Assembly: GCF_964355755.1 (NCBI RefSeq)
Contig: NC_092675.1
Coordinates: 2,785,812-2,849,811 of the forward strand
DNA length: 64,000 nucleotides
DNA from: Antedon mediterranea
Taxonomy: Eukaryota; Animalia; Echinodermata
Direction of reading: 5' to 3'
The notes under the pieces were generated by a model. It was given only the letters and a program-made list of their open reading frames with translations. It had not been told where the DNA came from and did no database searches. The translations under genes and the position numbers were made by a program. This document shows positions 54,036-64,000 of this stretch, one piece after another (within the stretch, counting starts at the first letter, position 1; each line of letters starts with the position of its first letter).

Positions 54036-57000
54036 ATGCCGAAAAAGTTTAAAGGAGAAAACTCGAAAGCAGTGGTAGCAAAAGCGCGGAAGGAAGAAGC
54101 CCGACAAATTGAAAAGTCACGAGTCGAGAAAGAAAAGGAAGATGCTTTCTGGAAGGATGATGATAAATTAACTGAAAGAAAAGCTAACAGAAAGGTGGGT
54201 GGAAATTATCTATCTTCCATTCAATCTCTGCCCCAGCCAACCAATCTTTGTTTGTGCTCAGTGGGTTTGAAAATGTACTGTACCAAATTTGCACCATTAA
54301 TTGATTACAAAACAGCCTAAAAGTCTAGAAATGATTTCACAAACATAATTTGTTTTTGTTTCTTGTTAAATTAGCAAAAATAACTATCCTAATAAATAAG
54401 GACGTTAGTGTATTGCATCTTCTTTTAAATTTTAAGGTTTTAGATGATTTTAATCCTTTAAGCCTGTTTACATTAGGTGAATTTATTAACAATCGAAAAC
54501 CTCAGCTTTTTATGCCCATACATATTCAAAATTCTGTGATGAATTCTATTTCCTCAAGTTTTTCACTTCAGCGAATTGAGTATTTTGAGCAGTTTCTACT
54601 TTTGCAAAACGCAAACATTCACAACCAATCAGAGCTCAGAAAATGAGTTGTCACGTGTTAAGGAGCACTCATATGAATCAAAAAGCTCAGCAGACATGTG
54701 ATGGAAATAAAAATCGCAGCTATTCACTCTTGTTGTGGAAATGGTAGCTCGATTTTTCTCACATAAACAATTAGTGTAAAACAGACTTTATGTTCTATTT
54801 ATTGATTTTGCTGTCTAGGCTGAAAAAGAGAAGAAGCGAATTGAAACTGTAGAAAGAAAAAAGGACAGTCAGAGGTTACTTGATGAAGAAGAAAGCATTA
54901 TAAAGCAGAAAACAGTGAAGACGGCAAAGGTCAGTCAAGCGGAAATAAGAGCTCAACGTGAACGAGAGGCAGCAGAAAGAGGTAAGTGTTAAGCCTTGTT
55001 CACATTGGACTTGGTCAATTTGACCATTGTTCGCACATGGATAATTTCACACAGTAAGTTTTACCATGGTTTTATCAAAATGTAACCGTGATGTTAACAA
55101 CTACCTGTATATGATGGACTTGCATGGTGACGGTCATGTGGTTACCCGAGACGCACGTTCGGATTGGACTTCTCAGCTGGCATGGTTAATTTTACCGAGG
55201 TAAATTCTACTGGTTCTACAGTGTGCGGATTGGACTTTACTCAAAGTGTTTCAATAAAATATACTGGCAATTTTCTTGCGCCGATGTTTATAAATATGTA
55301 TCATCTCAATATTAAGAGGTAAAAGAAAATCAAGGTAGTGGAACATCTATGTTTTTTTTTTGTCATTGTGTGCTCTCCCCCTTTTATTGTCATATATTTA
55401 ACATATATAAATGCCTCAATATTGGTCTGAGGCTATAAATGCAGACTGGAAGGGAGAAATAATTAAAAATATCCTCCCTGGTGCATGGTTAATGCAAGCT
55501 ATGACTGATGAATATACAATGAGTGATTTCTTTGACATCCATTATGAAATTTGTGATTGTATAAATCAAAGGTTCGTCTACACTACTTACTTACTTACTT
55601 AAGCCTTGTTACACTTAGCAGTCCATAGGCCATCAACTACACGTCTCCATCTCACACGGTTCTGGGCAATTCCTTCCACCTCTGTCCAGTTATAGCCAGC
55701 ATCCTTCACCTCCTTATCCAGTTCCATCCTCCATGTGTTCCTTGGGCGTCCTCTTTTTCGTTTTCCTTGGGGATTCCATGTTAGGGCATGCCTAGTTATG
55801 TTGTGTTTTGGTTTCCTTAGTGTGTGACCAATCCATTTCCATTTCCTTCTGCTAATTTCAAATTCCACCGGCTCTTGTCCAGTCCTAACCCATAGATCCT
55901 CATTTCTTATTTTTTCTGGCCACCATATTCTGAGAATCCTTCTCAGACATTTATTGATGAACACTTGGATTTTCCTTATTATTTGATTAGTAGTTCTCCA
56001 TGTTTCTGATCCGTATAACAGTACTGATTTGACATTTGAGTTAAATATTTTGATCTTTGTTTTTGTGCTGATGTATCTTGCCTTCCATACTTTTGTTAGT
56101 ATATTGAAAGTCACCTGTGCTTTCCCAATCCTTCCTTTAACATCTTCCTCTGTCCCTCCTCTGATGTTGACTTTGCTACCAAGGTAAGTAAAAGTTTCCA
56201 CTGGTTCTGCTTCTCCTTTCCTTAGCTGGATTGCCTGATTATTTCGTGTGTTGACCATCATTACTTTAGTTTTCGCTATGTTTACATTTAAGCCAAGCAT
56301 ACTTGATGTTTCTTCAAGAAGTCTGGTTTTGGTTTGCATTTGCTGATGTGTTTGTGACAACAGAACAATGTCGTCAGCATAGTCCAGGTCTTCTAATTGT
56401 TCCCATAAAGTCCATTGAATCCCATTTCTTTTTCCTTGTGTTGTTTCTTTCATTATCCAGTCTATTGCAAGATTGAACAGGAACGGAGACATCAATCCTC
56501 CTTGTCTTACACCGGTTTTAATTTCAAATTCCCTGGTAAGACTTCCCTCATGTAAAAATTTTCTACACTACCAAACATAAAATGTGATGTGCCCCTATAT
56601 AGACATGGTGATGCCATACCACTACCATTTACTGTAAGCATATTACTACCATATTTGGGCACATCACACTTTTCTTGTCAAACTAATTTGATAGTGTAGA
56701 CAGAGCTTTATTGAAAACCCTCCACCACCTCATCTAATTTTATGGGTGTTTGATAATTTTCCAGTTGCTAAAGCCTTAAAGGAACCAACAAGCCATATTG
56801 ATGCTCCATTAGAGGTGAATCCTAACATAGCTGCTTCACAACAATTGGCAACAGATGGCGCTGTAGAAGCACGAAGTGTTGAAGAAGCAATTTCTGTGCT
56901 TAGGTAAGCATGGTTACCACATGTACACAATTATCGTCTTTTTTGTCTAAACAAAGTCTTGCTAATATTAGCCATTATTGTAATAACAATGCAATTGTCG

Positions 57001-57932
57001 CTATACTACCCATCTGCCACTGCAGTTATCTTTGCTATTTATTTATGCATGTTTTAAAATAAAGTAACCAATTTAAAATTTGAGTATTAAATAAATACAC
57101 GGTCAAAGTCAGAAACATCTGCTGTACTTTTAATTTACAACTTCCACAACAGAATTTTACAAAAATGAATAAATATTAAATCAATTCGTTGAGCGTTTAG
57201 GATTAGGCAGGGTAACCACAAGTTCAAGGCCTCCTCAACTGTAGTTCTGGTAGAACAAGTCTTATCGAGCAAGGCCCTCAAACATGAGGACCAGTGTACA
57301 CTTGTGTGCACTTTGCACAGACGAATAAGAGCCGTTTGATGGCAGAACTCGACACGAAGGGATCCATAAGGAAGATTTTTTTTTTTACCATATTTAATGA
57401 GAGTGGTCCATCCAGCAATTGCTGATCATTAGGGACCCTCAGAGGTTCACAAGACAAACATATACAGATGCTCTACATAAACAAAGTCTTATTACAAGTC
57501 TTTGGGAGTGGAGTTGTAATTTGTCATCAGAAAAAATCCTGACATGTGACAAGACTTTAACCCAAGACCCTTGGAGTGGTAGCCATCATAACCACCAAGC
57601 CACAACTCCATGAAAGTTTTTACACAGTTATCGTCTAAAAGCGCATTATAAATATGTATCATTTAATGTGCTATAAAATATACTCAAAATGCTTAAATGA
57701 TAATTTTATATTATTTTTAAACAGTGTCGCTGATGCAGAACAGCTTGAGAAGCATCCAGAAAAGCGGATGAAAGCCGCTTATACCGCTTACGAAGCAGAA
57801 CAGTTACCCATACTTAAAGCTGAAAATCCAAACTTGAGGTTATCTCAGTTGAAGCAGATGCTTAAGAAACAATGGCAGAAATGCCCAGACAACCCTATGA
57901 ACCAACGCTTTAAGAACTATAACCAGAAATGA
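54036..57932 (+). CDS. CCDC124: Coiled-coil domain-containing protein 124 (Lso2 homolog); exons 54036-54194, 54819-54981, 56765-56903, 57725-57932
   Basis: MPKKFKGENSKAVVAKARK...EDAFWKDDDK; VEARSVEEAISVLS; EKHPEKRMKAAYTAYE..QLPILKAENPNLRLSQLKQMLKKQWQKCPDNPMNQ. Confidence 0.95.
55587..56561 (-). mobile_element. 5'-truncated RTE-clade non-LTR retrotransposon
   Basis: Uninterrupted RT C-terminal ORF (GVRQGGLMSPFLF, LDYADD, FTYLGS, VLLYGSETW, GKRKRGRP); (TAAG)n tail; TSD TCTACACTAC. Confidence 0.95.
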
Positions 57933-58664
57933 AGACAACCAGATGATTTTAAAGACAACCTGATGGTCTTAAAGACAACCTGATGGTCTTACTGTAGGTT
58001 GAAATGCTGTATTATTTCTACATTAGCTTATAAGTTAATATTTGCTGAATGAGGATGTACAGTCTCACATTCATGTTCGTTTACTCGTTCAAGTTAGGTT
58101 CGACTACTGTACCTGCAGTATTATAAGTTTTACTATCTAAACAAGATAGGTGATTGGTGTAAAGCATGATCTGCTATTAAAATCCTAAAGGCCAACTCAG
58201 ATAGCATCATACGACGAAGCTTGATGAAACGTCTTGACTCATCGGTGCTGTCTGAGTTGAATCCCGACAAGACAAGTCGTCTTGAAATAGCGTCAGGCGT
58301 AGTTTATAGATCGCCGGAAGAACTTTAAAAATGTTTAATTTTCTCCCTACCATCTCGTCGGGCCTTGTCGTACAAAGTTGTCTGAGTTAAAGTTGAAATG
58401 CTGTATCACTGTTGTCATATAACATGAGGTGGTGAATAGTAAAGCTATGTCAATTTTACAAACTTATAATATCATAGATTTATTTTGCCATATATAAAAC
58501 ACTAACAATCAAACAGATATGAGAAATGTAAACCAATGAGGCAAGATTACCTAAATGTTATAACAAACATAATCATCAAGAGACTCTCCACAAAGAATTA
58601 CATTTCATTTTAAAAATTTAAAAAGGATTCAAATTACATGAAAATATATATATTAACCTCAAAT

Positions 58665-59290
58665 TATTTTACAGGAATTTTTGGCAAAATCACCCAAATT
58701 TGGGCCTTTTTTAAAAATCCAATTAATATGCATTAATATTGCTATATGTGCACGTATAGTACCATATCATCATCTTATAGCGTAATGGGACCTTTTTTTA
58801 ATACAATTAATATGCACTACTATTGCTGTATGTGCACGAATAGTACCATATCATCATCTTATAGTGTCATGGGACCACATTTGTGGAAAAATAAAAAGGT
58901 CGAAATTTGGTCATTTTTCGAGAAAATCCATGTACTATAGTACAGGGATTTTTGGCAAAATTACCAAAATTTAGACCTTTTTGAAATCCAATTAATATGC
59001 ACTAATATTGCTATATATGCACGTATAGTACCATATCATCATATTATAGTGTAATAGGACCACTTTATGTTGAAAAAAATAAAAAGGTCAAAATTTTGTC
59101 ATTTTTCGAGCAAATCCCTGTACAGGGATTTTGTCAAAATCACCAAAATTTCGACCTTTTAAAAATCCAATTAATATGCACTAATCTTGCTATATGTGCA
59201 CGTATAGTACCATATCATCATCTTATAGTATCATGGGACCACTTTATGTCGAAAAATAAAAAGGTCGAAATTTCGTCATTTTTCTCAACT
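58665..59290. repeat. Diverged tandem repeat related to the downstream satellite
   Basis: Repeated aattaatatgcactaatattgctatatgtgcacgtatagtaccatatc and the tgtactatagtacaggg palindrome. Confidence 0.8.
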
Positions 59291-59439
59291 GACACATTTT
59301 TCAACCACTTTTGACATATATATATAAGTTATACAGAATAATGAATGACACCTTTTAAAACATGATATATTATAATTAATTCATTTTTGGGATTGTTTTT
59401 GTAGGCCTACAGACACTACCGTATTTCCTTTTTATTTTT

Positions 59440-62400
59440 CGATAAAACTGGTTACTATAGCACAATTGACAAGCGCAGAACCCATTATTCGCCTCTGCGC
59501 ATGTTTATTATACTATAGTAACCATTTATGTCAAAACTGGTTACCATAGCACAATTGACATGCGCAGAACCCATTATTCATCTCTGCGCATGTTCATTAT
59601 GCAATAGTAACCATTTACTTATGTCAAAACTGTTTACCATAGCACAATTGACATGCGCAGAACCCATTATTCGCCTCTGCGCATGTTTATTATGCAATAG
59701 TAACCATTTATGTCAAAATATAAAAGGGTCGAAAATCGGCCATTTATCGAAAAATTACCATGTACTATAGTCCAGGGAGTTTTCAAAAAATGGCAAATTT
59801 TCGACCTTTTTTTTTCTCTCGATAAAACTGGTTACTATAGCACAATTGACAGGCGCAGAACCCATTATTCGCCTCTGCGCATGTTTATTATACTATAGTA
59901 ACCATTTATGTCAAAACTGGTTACCCTAGCACAATTGACATGCGCAGAACCCATTATTCTTCTCTGCGCATGTTTATTATGCAATAGTAACCATTTATGT
60001 CAAAAAATAAAAGGGTCGAAAATCGGCCATTTTTCGAAAATTTCCCTGTACTATAGTACAGGGATTGTTCAAAAAATGGCAAATTTTCGACCTTTTTTTT
60101 GTTGATAAAACTGGTTACTATAGCACAATTGACATGCGCAGAACCCATTATTCGCCTCTGCGCATGTTTATTATGCAATAGTAACCATTTATGTCAAAAA
60201 ATAAAAGGGTCGAAAATCGGCCATTTATCGAAAAATTACCATGTACTATATATAGTCCAGGGAGTTTTCAAAAAATGGCAAATTTTCGACCTTTTTTTTT
60301 CTCTCGATAAAACTGGTTACTATAGCACAATTGACCAGCGCAGAACCCATTATTCGCCTCTGCGCATGTTTATTATACTATAGTAACCATTTATGTCAAA
60401 ACTGGTTACCATAGCACAATTGACATGCGCAGAACCCATTATTCTTCTCTGCGCATGTTTATTATACTATAGCAACCATTTATGTCAAAAAATAAAAGGG
60501 TCGAAAATCGGCCATTTTTCGAAAATTTCCCTGTACTATAGTACAGGGATTTTTCAAAAAATGGAAAATTTTTGACCTTTTTTTTTCTCTCTATAAAACT
60601 GGTTACTATAGCACAATTGACATGCGCAGAACCCATTATTCGCCTCTGCGCATGTTTATTATGCAATAGTAACCATTTCAGAGGTCCCAACTTGAGAAAG
60701 TCCATTCGCAGGAGATTTTGTCGTGAATCACATTCAATTCGTCGGGGCGTCGAAAGTCAACGCGCGGGGAATCGAAAATCAACACGCGTGTCGTTTTACG
60801 TCTCTTAACTAACTAAATATGTTACATAATATACAATATTTATAAGTTGGCTTAATTTTTACATAGGTTTATCCATCAATATTTTTACATTCTAATTTTT
60901 TTTATGGATCAATCAATCAATCGTTTGATTTTTATAGCCTCAGTACAAAGAATTTTAAAAATATATACTGTAACTAAAATTCAGTATATAACATAATTTA
61001 ACTTAATTACATAATGTACAATATTTACACATGATAGTATTGCCCAATAGAATTTACTCATTTTTTTTAGGCACAGGCCTATAGCCTAGGGCTTCTACTT
61101 CTAGGCCCTAGCCTAGCTAGCTACCATTTTTAAACCCAAAAACTATCCCGAATCCGTCTTATGCTTCATTACGCGAAAAACATTGAGTTTTATATTGTTT
61201 TATCCATACGTAATTACACTGGCATTAAAGATATAACATTAAAATGTAGGCCGTTTTATGAGCTATTTCGCCGATTTCTTATCGCTGGGAAATTCCCCAC
61301 CAGCGACATCGATCGATCGAGGAGTAGGTCTAGGCTGGAGGCCTAGCGTGCATGCCGGAACGGGTGGATTATTGCTATAAATAACAAGTTTGAACAAAAG
61401 AGCTTACGACAATCTTAGGTAAATTTTTATTAAACGTAGGCCTACAGTACTTGCTTGGCGAATTCATTTAACATGTTCGTATTATCGGATCGTACAGTAA
61501 AACCAAATAAAACACCGCCTCAACAACCTCGTGCGATGTGCGATCTGTTGTTCTTTGCAGCGGATCAACATTAGTAGAGTCCATTAATTACGAGGGTGTT
61601 TAAAAATGTAATAACTATTAAAAACGTTTCTCAACCACTGTGTAATCAAAGCGTTAATTTAGTTAAAACTTGGATCCTCCCAAAATTAATAATCGCTTAT
61701 TCCGGTTACCACGTGATTGATTCATGGTTGGTTGCACGCTTCTTTTTTTCTACGTCCGGCGTGTAGTACCGTGCATGTTTATATTATTGTTTACGGTTTA
61801 ACAAAAGGCAGTGCATACAAATAAAAATACATTAATAGACCACGGAGACTGCATGAATAGACATTGTTTCAACATCCTGCCTCACTTTTGTCTGGTTATT
61901 GACTATTGTTGACCTGGGCTGAGCCTGGGTGTAACCGTAAATCAATTTGGCCAAAAATATGGGGAAATTTGAAAATGCGGTAAAAAAATAAAAATGCGGT
62001 AGAAAACGTCGAGATAGCGGTAGCGCGGTAGATGGGTACTAAAAGCGGTAGACTACCGCGAGTAGCGGTAGACTTGGGACCCCTGCCATTTATGTCAAAA
62101 AATAAAAGGGTCGAAAATCAGCCATTTTTCAAAAATTTCCCTGTACTATAGTACAGGAATTTTTCAAAAAATGGCAAATTTTCGACCTTTTTATTTTTTG
62201 ATAAAACTGGTTACTATAGCACAATTGACATGCGCAGAACCCATTATTCGCCTCTGCGCATGTTTATTATACTATAGTAACCATTTATGTCAAAACTGGT
62301 TACCATAGCACAATTGACATGCGCAGAACCTATTATTCGTCTCTGCGCATGTTTATTATGCAATAGTAACCATTTATGTCAAAAAATAAAAGGGTCGAAA

Positions 62401-64000
62401 ATCGGCCATTTTTCGAAAATTTTGCTGTACTATAGTACAGGGATTTTTCAAAAAATGGCAAATTTTCGACCTTTTTTTTTTTATGATAAAACTGGTTACT
62501 ATAGCACAATTGACATGCGCAGAACCCATTATTCGCCTCTGCGCATGTTTATTATGCAATAGTAACCATTTATGTCAAAAAATAAAAGGGTCGAAAATCG
62601 GCCATTTATCGAAAAATTACCATGTACTATAGTCCAGGGAGTTTTCAAAAAATGGCAAATTTTCGACCTTTTTTTTTCTCTCGATAAAACTGGTTACTAT
62701 AGCACAATTGACAAGCGCAGAACCCATTATTCGCCTCTGCGCATGTTTATTATACTATAGTAACCATTTATGTCAAAACTGGTTACCATAGCACAATTGA
62801 CATGCGCAGAACCCATTATTCTTCTCTGCGCATGTTTATTATACTATAGCAACCATTTATGTCAAAAAATAAAAGGGTCGAAAATCGGCCATTTTTCGAA
62901 AATTTCCCTGTACTATAGTACAGGGATTTTTCAAAAAATGGCAAATTTTCGACCTTTTTTTTTCTCTCGATAAAACTGGTTACTATAGCACAATTGACAA
63001 GCGCAGAACCCATTATTCGCCTCTGCGCATGTTTATTATACTATAGTAACCATTTATGTCAAAACTGGTTACCATAGTACAATTGACATGCGCAGAACCC
63101 ATTATTCTTCTCTGCACATGTTTATTATACTATAGCAACCATTTATGTCAAAAAATAAAAGGGTCGAAAATCGGCCATTTTTCGAAAATTTCCCTGTACT
63201 ATAGTACAGGGATTTTTCAAAAAATGGCAAATTTTCGACCTTTTTTTTTGTTGATAAAACTGGTTACTATAGCACAATTGACATGCGCAGAACCCATTAT
63301 TCGCCTCTGCGCATGTTTATTATGCAAGAGTAACCATTTATGTCAAAAAATAAAAGGGTCGAAAATCGGCCATTTTATCGAAAAATTACCATGTACTATA
63401 GTCCAGGGAGTTTTCAAAAAATGGCAAATTTTCGACCTTTTTTTTTCTCTCGATAAAACTGGTTACTATAGCACAATTGACAAGCGCAGAACCCATTATT
63501 CGCCTCTGCGCATGTTTATTATACTATAGTAACCATTTATGTCAAAACTGGTTACCATAGCACAATTGACATGCGCAGAACCCATTATTCTTCTCTGCGC
63601 ATGTTTATTATACTATAGCAACCATTTATGTCAAAAAATAAAAGGGTCGAAAATCGGCCATTTTTCGAAAATTTCCCTGTACTATAGTACAGGGATTTTT
63701 CAAAAAATGGCAATTGACCTTTTTTTTTCTCTCTATAAAACTGGTTACTATAGCACAATTGACATGCGCAGAACCCATTATTCGCCTCTGCGCATGTTTA
63801 TTATGCAATAGTAACCATTTATGTCAAAAAATAAAAGGGTCGAAAATCGGCCATTTTTCAAAAATTTCCCTGTACTATAGTACAGGAATTTTTCAAAAAA
63901 TGGCAAATTTTCGACCTTTTTATTTTTTGATAAAACTGGTTACTATAGCACAATTGACAAGCGCAGAACCCATTATTCGCCTCTGCGCATGTTTATTATA
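59440..64000. repeat. Composite satellite of two palindromic subunits (~88 and ~100 bp); runs off the window
   Basis: Subunit a: GGTTACTATAG...CATGCGCAGA...TCTGCGCATG...CTATAGTAACC. Subunit b: AAAAGGGTCGAAAAT...CCCTGTACTATAGTACAGGG...ATTTTCGACCTTTT. Confidence 0.95.
60679..62085. mobile_element. hAT-like non-autonomous element inserted in the satellite
   Basis: TIRs CAGAGGTCCCAA / TTGGGACCCCTG; GCGGTA subterminal repeats; CCATTT duplicated on both sides. Confidence 0.82.

Noticed and set aside
59528-63811. Many similar short ORFs (MSKLVTIAQLTCAEP...)
   Set aside because: Translations of satellite units; frames break with homopolymer length.

Overview
AT-rich, intron-containing animal genomic DNA; the transposon repertoire suggests a marine invertebrate (inference only). 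Gene order: 5' part of SNAPC3 (-), head-to-head with a 13-exon CHAF1A (+); a ~18-kb tandem array of four IFI27/IFI6 (ISG12-family) genes plus an orphan promoter copy (+); a 5-exon RASL12-like GTPase gene (-) with two degenerate tRNA-Val copies in an intron; CCDC124 (+) with a young RTE LINE in an intron; and a hairpin-built satellite running off the right end. Exons were assembled by eye from GT-AG junctions and reading-frame continuity. The window is dense in non-autonomous transposons whose ends and target-site duplications (TSDs) can be read directly. The most unusual features lie in the ISG12 array: a separate signal-peptide-like exon, IRF/NF-kB-like promoter blocks, an in-frame TAG in copy 4, captured RASL12 exon-4 fragments, and a Penelope-like fragment followed by a minimal hammerhead-ribozyme fold.
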